Shown here in pieces: positions 1-12,452 of a stretch of DNA of 64,000 nt. The position numbers and the translations under genes were made by a program. Position 1 is the first letter of the stretch. The number at the start of each line of letters is the position of its first letter. The stretch is taken from positions 20,708,001 through 20,772,000 of the forward strand of contig OX597815.1 in assembly GCA_951406725.2 (NCBI GenBank), given 5' to 3'. The notes below the pieces were generated by a model that was not told the origin of the DNA, ran no database searches, and saw nothing but the letters and a program-made list of their open reading frames with translations. The DNA is from Octopus vulgaris. Lineage: Eukaryota.

Positions 1-253
1 ACGGAAACTGAGAGAAGCCCGTAGTATATATATATACATATGTATGTATGTGTGTATTTGTGTGATTGTGTTTGTTCCCCCACCATTGCTTGGCAATCGA
101 TGCTTGGTGTGTCTGCGTCCCCGGTTCGGCAAAACAGACCGATAGAATAAATATTAGGCTTACAAATAATAAACTACAGGATCGATTTGTTTGACTAAAG
201 GTGGTCCTCCAGCATGGCCGCAGTTAGACTGAAACATATAAAAGAATAAAAGA
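1..253 (+). mobile_element. 3' half of SINE family A (internal microsatellite, CAGCATGGCCGCAG..CTGAAAC tail)
   Basis: Body ggttcggcaaaacagaccgatagaataa..ccagcatggccgcag recurs inverted at 6365-6712, 9580-9920 and 59313-59728. Confidence 0.75.
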
Positions 254-265
254 GTACATACATAC

Positions 266-344
<79 letters not shown>

Positions 345-550
345 CATACATATACATATATTCAAATATATAATATATATATACATGCATACAAGTATAT
401 ATACATACACATATATACATCTTTACATATATATATATTTATACATATATGAATGTATATCTGTATACTTATATGCATATATGTTTACATATATATATGA
501 ATGTATAGATGTGTACATATACATATGTATTCATGTATATATGCATATAT

Positions 551-612
<62 letters not shown>

Positions 613-631
<19 letters not shown>

Positions 632-674
632 CTAGTTTCAGCTCAGAGCTGCGGCCATGCTGATGCACCGCCGT
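613..674 (-). mobile_element. Extremely 5'-truncated LINE/SINE 3' tail with poly(A), inserted in (TA)n
   Basis: Minus strand ggcggtgcatcagcatggccgcagctctgagctgaaactag followed by a long A run; matches the CR1-like 3' end at 61300-61350. Confidence 0.65.
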
Positions 675-736
<62 letters not shown>

Positions 737-877
737 CATTGTAAAAGTATCTTCCTGTGTTGTCTGCACACACACACACAAACAAACATGTATCAATGAC
801 GAACTCTCGCGTCGAAGACGATGTATAAGCATTCAGTTCTTGCCGAACAATCTACGGAAATGATTTGTTTATGGTGA

Positions 878-1049
878 TCAAACGTTCGTGCTGCGCATTA
901 GCTCACTTTCTCCGTCAGATCGACGGTATCCACGCGTCAGGTGTCCAAGTGGCCGCAGAGCAACGCGAGATGAAGTGCTTTGCTCAAAAGCACAACGTAC
1001 CACTCGGTGCAATCGTGAGTGCAACACCCTAACCACTAGGCTATGCGCC

Positions 1050-1053
<4 letters not shown>
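878..1053 (-). mobile_element. tRNA-headed SINE (family B head, partial)
   Basis: Minus strand begins ggcgcatagcctagtggttaggg (A-box); related copies at 20195-20502 and 41270-41548. Confidence 0.65.
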
Positions 1054-1110
<57 letters not shown>

Positions 1111-1321
1111 GCATACATACATACATACATAGATACATACATACATACATACATACATACTATTATTTGTAACACACATGGTAATTTTTAAGGGAAAATA
1201 CAAATTCATTCGTCTATATGGATTTGGTTTGTGCTGACTATCTTCTGCTATCTCCGATGGCGCGGGATTGGGATGCAAGAGGTAGGTAAATAGCATTTGC
1301 AAATCTATAACTTAATGGAAT

Positions 1322-1380
1322 GTTGTACTGAAGTCGAGAATGAGTTCTTGATAATTCTAACCCAGAAACGTGTCCACAAC
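1322..1380 (+). ncRNA. Degenerate minimal hammerhead ribozyme motif (Penelope-like terminal repeat)
   Basis: GTTGT-a-CTGAAG(t)...AGAAT/ATTCT...GAAA-CGTG-TC-c-ACAAC; helix I GTTGT/ACAAC, A9 mutated. Confidence 0.5.
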
Positions 1381-1510
1381 TAACCGAAGACTGTTTGTTT
1401 TTGCATATGTGAGTTACAAGTAAATGTTATATATTTGTAGAAATAGGAATAGGCGGTCTTTGACTGCTATTTCTAAATTCTTGGTATGTGGCTAGGCAAC
1501 TAGATGCTTA

Positions 1511-1570
<60 letters not shown>

Positions 1571-1805
1571 TGCTTATGCATGAATATATACATACCTACA
1601 CACATATACAAATATATGTATATATATATATATATATGTTTATATAAACAGAGAGAAAGAGAGAGAGAGAGAAGAAGTATACGATGAATAAAATTTATTT
1701 TAGCAACGGATATCGATAATCAATTCCATAATTCTTTAAATTCTTTAAACTGTTTCAGCTTTAAAGCTGAGGTCATACTGGGATTTAGTCCCCATTTTGT
1801 CTGAG

Positions 1806-2100
1806 TGTGAAGGCGCGTGGCTTAATGGTTAGGGCATTCGGCTCACGATCGGAAGGTCGTGATTTCAATTCCCGGTGACACGTTGTTCCAGTCCACTCAG
1901 CTGGCAAAAATTAGTAGTGCCTGTATTTCAAAGGGCCGGCCTTGTCACACTTTGTGTCAAGCTGAATCCCCCTGAGAACTATGTTAGGGGTACAAGTGTC
2001 TGTGGATTGCTCAGCCACTAGCACGTTAGTTTCACGAGCAAGCTGTTCCGTTGATCGTATCAGCTGGGACCCTCGTCATCGTAACCGACGAAGTACTCCA
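1806..2100 (+). mobile_element. tRNA-derived SINE family B, first of a tandem pair (internal deletion)
   Basis: A-box ggcttaatggttag, B-box-like gatttcaattccc; highly similar to 2105-2431. Confidence 0.8.
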
Positions 2101-2104
2101 GTCA

Positions 2105-2431
2105 TGTGAAGGCACGTGGCTTAATGGTTAGGGCATTCGTCTCCCGATCGTAAGGTCATGACCTCAATTCCCGGCGACGCGTTGTGTCCTTGAGCAAGAC
2201 ACTTTATTTCACGTTGCTCCAGTCCACTCAGCTGTCAGAAATGAGTAGTACCTGGATTTCAAAGGGCCAGCCTTGTCACACTCTGTTTCACGTTGAATAT
2301 CCCTGAAAGCTACGTTAAGGGAACACGTTGTCTCTGGAGAGCTCAGCCACTTGTACGTCAATTTCACGAGCAAGCTGTTCCATCGGTCGTATCAGCTGGG
2401 AGCCTCGTCGTCGTAACCGACGGAGTGCTCC
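2105..2431 (+). mobile_element. tRNA-derived SINE family B with CORE-like domain
   Basis: tRNA head then tgtgtccttgagcaagacactt (CORE-like); related copies at 37103-37440 (+) and 53450-53686 (-). Confidence 0.8.
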
Positions 2432-2589
2432 TTGTCTGTGTAATTCTGTTAGGTGATTTCATTACTAGTTATAATATGCCTGATTTTTAAAGGGGAAATA
2501 TAAACGATATACTAACGTCTGATCCAGCACAAGATTTGTTTCCCATTCTTTCAATGCTCTAAATAAATAAATATATAAATCTGAGCGAA

Positions 2590-2802
2590 GGATGGAAACC
2601 CTGCATGGTCATTTAACCCACGTGTTATTGCTACCAAATGTCCTTCTATTCTCACCATGCCTTCTTAAAAATGGCAGTACATATTAGATAATGCAACCGT
2701 AGTTACATTATGTTCGAAAAATAAAGGCCGGAGTTCTCAAAGCGGGAAAGCCTTCGAGAATAGGTTTGCTCGATCAGTACTGACCTGGGATTAAACAGCA
2801 AC
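2590..2802 (+). repeat. Old dispersed repeat family ending ctgacctggg..aaacaacaac
   Basis: Diverged copies at ~19715-19908, 35430-35625, 55380-55570 (+) and 40105-40300, 62035-62225 (-). Confidence 0.55.
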
Positions 2803-3530
2803 GCTAGCAAAACTCTATATATCTTCGTGATTAGTGAAATGTTCAACTTTGTCAACGCTTGTTATTTATTTATTTTATCATTTATTATCCTTATTAATGT
2901 TTTTTTTTGTTTTGTTTTTTTTTTTGTAAATTCTATTTCTGAGGGATATGTTTTTTTTTTTGTTTTGTTTCAGATAATAAATAAATTATTGCAGATGAGT
3001 TTATTAAGAATGTCATACGAGGTAGCATGACCATTTTATATCTAACATAAAATTGAATTAATTTGAATGCAATAAATCAAGTATTTACTGATGTTCGAAT
3101 GAAAATTGGTATTATATACGCATCGTTTAATTACAATAAGAAACGAAAAGAAATAACCAATGTCATTCATGTTTTCCGAGATTTTCCCGAGTGGAATTAA
3201 CTATATCACCTATAATTTATATAAGATAAATTACGTACCCACAAGCCAATAACTTTAAATGGCAGTTAATTATTTAAGATCGCAAATTCTATGAACTATC
3301 CATTATTCTATAATATTTTTGTTATCTTTTAGCCCCAGGTCTTCTCTAATAGACCAGGCCTTTGATCACGAGCATTTCAGCTATGGCCATCCCGTTCTTT
3401 ATTCAGGCATGCTGCAATATTTTGTTATTCTACCTTCTGAGTTAAAATTTTCCCTCTTTGCCTTTAATCCCGCCACTAAAGTATACATGTCAATTCAATT
3501 TTTATATGCCTCTTCCTCAATTAGTATACC

Positions 3531-3765
3531 TATTTCTTTACTACCCACAAGGGGCTAAAACATAGAGAGGGCAAACAAGGACAGACAAACGGATTAAGTC
3601 GATTATATCGACCCCAGTGCGTAACTGGTACTTATTTAATCGACCCCGAAAGGATGAAAGGCAAAGTCGACCTCGGCGTAATTTGAACTCAGAACGTAAC
3701 GGCAGACGAAATACCGCTAAGCATTTCGGCCGGCGTGCTAACGATTCTGTCAGCTTACCGCCTTA
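3531..3765 (-). mobile_element. SINE family C, full length, with 22-bp target-site duplication
   Basis: Central gcctttcatcctttcggggtcgat motif; flanks cctcttcctcaattagtatacc at 3509-3530 and 3766-3787. Confidence 0.85.
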
Positions 3766-6103
3766 CCTCTTCCTCAATTAGTATACCATTATGGTAAACT
3801 TAAAGATCGATATCTGAATCGAATTAAAACCATGCTTGTTTCTAATTCTGATCAGCACCGGCACCTTCTTTCGCACATAAAGTTTAACTTGATTTTCGGT
3901 GAACGTGTAAGAAGGTAGAAACTTCATATAAATTAATTTTCATGTGGTTCGAATTCCTACTAGTAGCCATTTCATTTCACACTCGTAAAACTTGTCGCAG
4001 CGGTACTTTTATTTCACCTTCCTTAGAATATATCTAACTTCCTTAAAATTCGGCCAAGCAAATGCCTTGCCGTAAGTGTTCAGCCTCTTTTCCTTCTGAG
4101 CTCAGATTTCACTAAGTTCAATTTTGCCTTTTTATCCCTTCCAGACCAATAAAATATGGGCAACGCAATAAAAACATAACCGTGTCTGTGTATATATACA
4201 TGTGTGTACATGCGTGTATGATCTGATATATGGGAGAGCACTCACAACTTGTTTTCTTCCAAGAAATAAAGAACTGAGCGCCAACTTTTCTCGTCTGATA
4301 TGTAAAGAAACCATAAAAACTGTAATTAAAAATAAAACAGAAAATGGTGGACATATACGGACCGATGTGCTGAACAACACAGTGAGGTTAAAAAAAATTA
4401 ACATTGGTAGAAGAAATATATCTCCTTCTGTTTAAGATTCATCAAAAAATATTTTGATTCTCTTCAGTAGTCTATTGATGGTCAGAGAGGTATGAAGATA
4501 GTGTAGGTTGTGGTTTAACTTAGAGGCGTATGGAGAAGTTTAAATCACAGAAATTACAATATGCATTATCCGTGTGAATATTAAGTTAAATGAAACATTA
4601 AAGATTATAATTAATGTACTCGTAGATTGTGATATTGAATGTAATGAACAATAATCTAGTCAAAATTAACGATGATTTATGTCAGAAGGTATAATTAAGA
4701 TAATTTTTGCTGTGAAAAAAAGTGAAGAAACGAAAGAAGAAATAAAGAAAATATATTTACTGAAACTCGAACCGGTGTCATTAGATTACAAACGCAACTA
4801 TGCAGACGCAAACATATGTACGTATATACCGACACAAACACGGATATAGGCAAATACTGGGACACATACATATAAATATGTAAGCATGCATACGTAAACA
4901 TAAATATAGATGCACACATATACAAGCACATCCACAGACTTACTTATATACATACATAGACATACAGACACATTTACACTCGGATATATACCGAGGCAAA
5001 CACTTCCATACAAACACCTATACATATGGACTCGTGTGCAAATTTGCATACACGCATATATGTATGCATGCATACATACATACACATAAATATTCACATA
5101 CTCACCTGCCTACAAATGCTTCTCGTATCATAAGAGAATGGTAAGTTGTAAATATGTAATAAGTTGGAAGTTAAATAAAGATATGGAGTAACAAGATGGA
5201 AGAAGTGCAGGGAGGGAAGGAAGGGGATGAGGCTGAGAAGAGAGATGAGGAGAGGGAGAGGATTAAAAAGTAGTGAAGGAGGGGTTAAATCATGTGCTAG
5301 GCAAAGTTCCATGAAGTAGAATTTCAAATGAAATAACGTTAGAGGATGCCTAATGGGGGAACGCACAGGTGAGAGAAGTAAAATTAGGTAAATAACAAAA
5401 AATATGACCCAAAAAAAATCAGAGCTAAATAAGAACGACTATTATACAACAATTAATATATAAAGATAAATGTGATACAAAAGATATAGAAAAAAATGGA
5501 TGAATAAAAGAAATATATAACTTAACAATATATGGAAGCAATAAATTTAAGTTTTAAAAATCATTAGGAAATTTTTAGAAATAATTAAATAAAAAATAAG
5601 GAAAATTAAATAAAATCCAAATGTCAAGAATTTTGGAAAATGAGATTGAGAAAAGCAAGTGTTTTGTGTTTTAAAGGGAAATACTTAGAGATGGCCTTGA
5701 GTGAAAGAGTGTGTTGAGATTTTTCTGGACTAGTGAACAGAATAATTTTAAGGTTAAGAGAAGTGGTCAAGTCTTCTTCAAGTAAAAGTCAACCACCTTA
5801 GAAAGGTATTTTATTCATTGATATCGAAAAGTTAAATTGACTTCAACTGGATTTGAACTCAGAATATAGAGAGCTGTGATGATACGAGCAATCAGTCTCA
5901 TACATACGAGTGTATATATATATATATATATATATATTAATAGTTATCGCCATACTAATATGACAGTCTATAAATAAGACTAAAGCTGTCGCTGATTAGC
6001 TCCAAGAGGCCGTCGCCTCTAGCTAGCTATATGGCGATAACTATTAATATCCAGTAACGCTGCTGTAATCTCCTTTAGAGAGACTTAGTAATGTTAATAT
6101 TTC

Positions 6104-6142
<39 letters not shown>

Positions 6143-6364
6143 CACCAGCGCGTATATATTTATATATACTTGTACGCACATATACTCCACGCGTATTAGA
6201 TTTTAAGCAATAAACGTTCATTTTTTTAAAATTAGTAAAGAGAATGGAAAGTAGATAGGAGGAAGAGCTAGTATTATACGGGTAACCAAAACTCGTATAA
6301 GTAAGTAGCTTCTGTATATCATATTAATACATCTTAAATGCTAAGAATATCCTAACGTTATATA

Positions 6365-6712
6365 TTTTTTATTATTTACTTGTTTCAGTCCTTTGACTGC
6401 AGCCATGTTGACGCCACGCCTTGATGAATTTTAGTCGAATTAATCGATCCCATGACTTTTTGGGGCTTAGTATTTATTCTATCGGTCTCTTTTGCCGAAC
6501 CGCTAGGTTACAAGGACGTAAAAAAACAACACCGGTTGTGAAGCGGCAGTGGGGGACAAACACAGACACACGCACACCCGTCTATGAAATGCACTCACAA
6601 GGCTTTGATCGACCTGAGGCTATAGCAGAAGACCAAAGTGCATACAGTGAGACTGAACCCGGAACTATGTGGCTGGGTAACAAACTTCTTACCACACAGC
6701 CACATTCGCGCC
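6365..6712 (-). mobile_element. SINE family A
   Basis: Head ggcgcgaatgtggctgtgtggtaagaag..ggttcagtctc and the same body and tail as 1-253. Confidence 0.75.
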
Positions 6713-6993
6713 TATGTACAGAAAATATTCTGAGGATATTCTTTTGGGACAATCTGTAATACAAATAACATTTATTTATTGAAGTATTTGCAGATGTTCA
6801 TTTTAGGAGACATGTTATCAATTATTTCTTGTCTGTTAAAACCATTACCGTTAACTTTTCTGTATTTTTTAAAATTCAGAAACAAGATCAGAGTATTGCT
6901 AATTTAACTGGTATTTCCAGCAGAATATCAATTTCCATGTATAGCACCAGATCACCTATTTCGACCAAGACTGTATAGTGGAGCTTCGAAGAT

Positions 6994-7427
6994 GGATCTT
7001 TTCGGTTTGAACGGCAGTTTTTTCTAGCGGTGTCATATGAAATTGTCACCCATAATTATGACCCTAGAATCGATCTATTGCATTTCAATCTCTTTTAGGG
7101 TTAGGGTTAGTTAGGCTTAGGGTTAGGGGTGGGGCAAGGGTATCTTTTTTTCTTCACAAATGTAAATAAACCCAATCTGTTTCTTAAACGAGGGACATAT
7201 TCATACGGCACAAAATACTTTTTAACTCAATAGACGTTGCTGATTGGTTGAAATTGCAGAAATTGAAGAAAAAAACAACAACAAATATCTTACAAACTAT
7301 AGAATTTTCTCAATAAAGCCAAGAGAAAAAGATGTTTTATAAACACATTCTACCAGTAAAAGAAGTTTAAAGTTTTTTAGTTACCTAGAAATTATGTTAA
7401 AAACTGCCGTTCAAACCGAGAAGATCC
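6994..7427. mobile_element. MITE with ~28-bp TIRs starting GG and 8-bp TSD (Merlin- or hAT-type)
   Basis: ggatcttttcggtttgaacggcagttttt / aaaactgccgttcaaaccgagaagatcc; TSD tcgaagat at 6986-6993 and 7428-7435. Confidence 0.88.
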
Positions 7428-8722
7428 TCGAAGATTACTCCCTATATTCATTGATTGCAAGGGGTGAAAGAGGAAGTTAACTTTGGTAGGATTTGAACTC
7501 AGAATGTAAAAGAGAATACGACTAAGTAGAACAAAGCATGATGATGACTGGCGCTCGGTCGCTTCTGTCTTTCCAATACCCTACTGTCCAACATTATATT
7601 AGTAAATGAATAAGTGAGTCGATATAAATAATGGATACTGACGCAGTTCACCTAATCTAATCGAAGACCAGTTTACTGGCGGCGGATGCAACTGTCACAA
7701 AAACCGAAATAAACGGAAAGAAGGGTGAAGGATAATAAAATTAGTTCAACCTTTCATTAAATAAAGAGATCCTTTATGAATGAGATTCTGCTGTTGTTAT
7801 TGTTGTTGTTGTTGCTATTGTTGTTAGAAAACACTTTAGTTACAATGTTCATTTAAATACATTTCGGTAATCTAAAGATTTTTACTATTCAAAAAAAAAA
7901 GAGAAGAAAAGAAAAAACAAATTTTCAAATTACAGTGAGATGGAAAATACGATGAAGAAGAGGAAAGGAAAAAGAAATAAAAAAAGACGTTTTATTTTAT
8001 TTTATTTTATTTACTTTTTTGCGAGGCATATTGTAACTAAATAATCATGAAATGATAAACAGCGAGTGGAGGTATGAGTGGTGGGAACAGTTCTGGTACG
8101 GAGTCGTCTAAGTGATAATGCCACAGATGAATGGCATAGAGATGTAGGATATATTAAAATTGTTTCGTTTTATATAGCTTGACGGCATTGTAAGCTTTGA
8201 TTAAGACTGTTATCAGTTGAAGTGAGTTGGAAAAGTCGGCGATAGGAAAGAATGTTGCCAGTGTAAAGGAAAATGAAGAATAAGAGTCCGCCAGTCAAAT
8301 GGCAGGTGTTCACAAAAGTTCTCATCAACGAATTGTAATCGATAAGAAATCTCACTTCATCTCTTGATTAATCACACCCTTTGGTGACATTTTTAGTTTT
8401 TTTTTTCCCCTTCTATGTGCTATCTTGTTTCTTATTTGCTATTGTTCTCTTCTGTTTATTTTGCTAATTTTTACCGTTATGTGTTTTGTTTTCTTATAAC
8501 CGACATTTAAGGTATAGCAAATGCAAATACTTCTCTTATGGTTATTGTCTTGGACTTAAATTCAAGAAGATTGTTACTTTTATATTATCTTAAGTTCAAG
8601 TGAGCAGATTTTTACGTGAATTTTCACACGCCATTCCGTTTTGCATAATAGGTCATTTATAATATTTCTTAAAAGTTACAGAAATGTACTTTGGGTTTAC
8701 CTAAGCAACTGTAAATGTGTTT

Positions 8723-9133
8723 GTATATTTTCGGTTTGAACGGCAGTTTTTAAAAATAATTTCCACGTAACTAAACACTTTTAAACTTCGTATACTGGTA
8801 GAATGTGTTTATAAAACATCTTTTTATCTTGGCTTTATTGAGAAACTTCTATAGTTTGTAAGATATTTGTTGTTTTGTTTTCTTCAATTTCTGCAATTTC
8901 AACGAATCAATGACGTCTATTGAGGTGAAAACATTCTGTGCCGTATGAATATGTCCCACGTTTAAGAAACAGATTGGGTTTATTTATATTTGTGAAGAAA
9001 AAAAAATACTCTTCCCCCACCCCTAACCCTAAAACAGATTGAAATGCAATAGATCGATACTAGGGTCATAATTATGGGTGACAATTTCATATGACACCGC
9101 TAGAAAAAACTGCCGTTCAAACCGAATAGATCT
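8723..9133. mobile_element. Second copy of the same MITE, inverted relative to 6994-7427
   Basis: Same TIRs (slightly decayed) and reverse-complement internal sequence; TSD not preserved. Confidence 0.85.
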
Positions 9134-9579
9134 GGGATATTCTATTTCTTTTGTGGTTTCAATACTTTCAATCCTCCTTCTTGTTCATTATATCAATGTT
9201 TAACCCAATTTTCCATTCTGTCGCATACTCTCATAATCAATGAAATACTGTGTAGCGGTACAATAATATTGTCAGACAGGCAATCAGACTGTAGTGTTGT
9301 GTCACTCTGCAGTTGATAGTCGATCCATTTTACGCCCTATCCAAGCGAGGTGGTGGTTCTCTGTCACCCACTTGAGTGCAAATAAGTGTTTTGCTATATA
9401 TGTCTCTGAAAAGAAATATAGTTCCTGATGTAGGTTCTTTATTTTATCGACTCCGGAGGGATTGGAGGCAAAGTTGACACCAGCAGAAGTAGAACTCGTA
9501 GCGTAATGAGCTGGAACAAATACTGCAAGCATTTTCCGAAGCTTAATTGACCCTGCCAATTCACCACCTTTTAGCTTTT

Positions 9580-9920
9580 GTCTTTTATTTTGTTTCTGTC
9601 ATTAGACTGCGGTCAGGCTAAGGCACCGCCTCCAAGGGTCTAGTTTGATGCATATTCTATCAGTCCCTTTTGCCGACGTACACAGTCCCTTTTGTGGGGA
9701 CGCACACAAACGAATACCGGTTGTTAAATGGTGGTAGTGGGGGAACTAGCACAAAGACACACATACGATGGACTTCCACACGGTTTCTATCAACCAAGTT
9801 CATTTACATAGCATTGGTCATATTGTAAAAGACACTTGCTAAAAGTGACGTGCAGTAGGACTGAACCCAAAACTACGTGGTTGCAATGCAAGCTTCTTAA
9901 CCATACTTGAGTGTATGCGT
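9580..9920 (-). mobile_element. SINE family A, diverged
   Basis: ggactgaaccc B-box region, aagacacttg CORE-like segment, ttttgccga..ccggttg body. Confidence 0.6.
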
Positions 9921-9970
9921 CTATAACTTCTAAACCACACGCGAAAAGAAAGAAAGGGAGAGAAAAAAAT

Positions 9971-10043
9971 CGAGTTTGCCAGGATTGGAACCGGGAATTT
10001 CCTAATCCGTAGTCAGGCGCGTTATCCATTGCGTCACAAGCCC
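9971..10043 (-). tRNA. tRNA-Arg-ACG: tRNA-Arg(ACG), probably a pseudogene
   Basis: 73 nt GGGCTTGTGACGCAATGGATAACGCGCCTGACTACGGATTAGGAAATTCCCGGTTCCAATCCTGGCAAACTCG; ACG anticodon, T-run terminator; single mismatches in acceptor, D and T stems and TTCCA instead of TTCGA. Confidence 0.85.
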
Positions 10044-12144
10044 TCTGTCACTTTTAAAGCAAGCAATAATAAAATTGATTAAACTTCACGCGCTACTACA
10101 GCTATTCGCAGATGTACTTGACAAATGACTTGATCTGAGATCATGTGTTGAACCTTTAACAGTAACATCGAGAATGAATAATTGAAAACGCACATATATC
10201 TAATGTTTTAAGCATTATTAAGCAAAACTTGAGTTCGACGAAATATTTCTCTTGACTTTTTCAAATTGCTTGAAATCATTTAGTCTTATATATCATCATA
10301 TCCAATGACCAATATGTATTAAATAGCGGATAATACTGAACGATGTAAACGTTTATGTTTACACACACAAATACGTATATACGTACACACATATGTGTAC
10401 ACGTATATATATATATACATATACGTATAACGTGCGACTGTTACTGTTTTGTTTAGAGCTCCACTTATATTATCATAAACCAGTCTGCTTCCTGTATAGT
10501 TAAGCAACTTCTATTTTTGGTAGTATTACTAGATATGAGCTTCAGTGCAAATGTAGCAGAAGTAAATAAACACAAGTTTATATTATAGTTCCTACGCACG
10601 TTTCGCCATTATGGTTGTTTGGGGCCTAGCAATAGGTATTCGTGCTCGCTGAAATAATGAAAGTAATACAAGTCATTGAGTAATATTGTTTTTTCCTGAA
10701 TGCTATTTAATCTTAGCTTTTAATTCTTTCTAAATTAAATGCGATAACACTAATCTAGAAATTGCTTTTAACATGGATAGCGTATCTGAGTTATCTTTAC
10801 AATGCTATTTTCATTGGGAACATATTGCTTCTAGACATCATAATGTTAAGATTAGCTACTAAGAGTATAAATATATCATTTATATATTTGTTCCGTTATT
10901 AGAAACCGTTTTAATTTGCTCAATATTATTCTTAAACATTGTTGTTAGAATATTGGACGCAATACCTGGCGTTATCTACTTACATCGTTTTACGATTTGA
11001 GTTTAAAACCTGCAGAGATTAGTTTTGCTTTTATCCTTTCGGGGTCGATAAAGTAAAGTACCAGTCAAGTTTTGAGATCGGTCTAATCACCTACACCCTC
11101 TTCAAACCATATACTCATGTGCCTTGGTAAGAAATCACTGTTATTACTGAACATCGAAGTATGCGGTTGTAGACATAGAATAAATTTCCGCTATTCTTTG
11201 CTGTTCTTGTATTTTCTCAACTTGATTCTGTTGGGAATATTAGGATACAAAAATAAGTAGTGTTATACTATTTTCTCAATCCCAGAAAAAAGAAACAGTA
11301 ATGTTGGCTTCTGCGGGAATTGAGCTCAGAACATATTAAGTAAATTAATTTTGCTGTGTTTCGAAAAGTTTGGCAAGAAAAAAAATATAGAGAAAGAGGC
11401 GAAAAAGATTTTAATTTCAGACAATATTTGACATTTAATTTCTTGAATTTTATGAAAAATATAGACTATTGATTAAATTATTTAATTTCACATAAAATAG
11501 TAATGGGGCACTTATATAATTTCCTAAAGCAGTATAAGAACTGTAATAAAAATTGAATTCTTTCAGAGAATATAGCTTCTAATGGAGACCATAGCGATGA
11601 GTTATTTCGCTTAGTGTGAAACACGCTCTGTCTTTCGCAGTGAGGTCAAAAGGCATTAAGAAACAAGTTTTATTACAGATATTAGATAATGGCACATTAG
11701 TTATATTCAAGATTTCTCAGTGATTTTACATACTTAGCTGGTAAATAATTGATGCAGAGGAGCACAATTCTAAATATAGTTTTAAAATGATATCAAAAGA
11801 TGAAAAACAATTCCTATTAAAATATTTACACAATGGACAAATTGAGCAAAGAAAGTAAATATCCAAATAAATTATATAAGTTATAGGTTTTCTTTCCGAT
11901 TAGGCTTTTATGAGAACTCACTTCTGACCTGGAATATCATAATTTTATCTGCATTTATTTGGCTTTAAAACTCTTTCTATTACTTTATAACTCAAAGCTA
12001 AAAAGAAAAAGAAAAAATATGACTGAAATGAAATGCGTAATTAGAGACAATAATAAAAATTATAAAAATATTTCTTTTCATGTAAGAATTAGGGAAATAA
12101 ATAAAATAGACTGAAGGTTATATATGCTTCTAAAGGACGAAATG

Positions 12145-12452
12145 TGGAGGCGCAATGGTTAGGGTGGTTAGGGCAGCGGACTCGCGGTCAGAGGATCGCG
12201 GCTTCGATTCCCAGACCGGGCGTTATGTGTGTTTATTGAGCGAAAACACTTAAAAGCTCCACGAGGCTCCGGAAGGGAGTGGTGGTGACCCCTGTTGTAC
12301 TCTTTCGCCACAACTTTCTCTCACTCTCTCTTCCTGTTTCTTGAGTAACGCTGCGATGGACTGGCGTCCCGCCAAGCTGGGGAGAACACATACGCCACAG
12401 AAACTGGGAAAACGGGCCCATGAGCCTGGCTAGGCTTGAGAAGGGCGAAAAA
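12145..12452 (+). mobile_element. tRNA-derived SINE family D with ~13-bp TSD
   Basis: Head ggtggttagggcagcggactcgcgg..ttcgattccc; A tail; TSD aaaggacgaa(a/g)tg at 12132-12144 and 12453-12465. Confidence 0.8.

Noticed and set aside
5712-5782. Minus-strand TTGAAGAAGACT..AGTC.GAAA similar to the 23455 hammerhead
   Set aside because: C3, helix III and helix I are missing; too decayed to call.
7095-7128. TTAGGG repeats as a telomere or fusion relic
   Set aside because: They are internal to a MITE and present in shorter form in its second copy.
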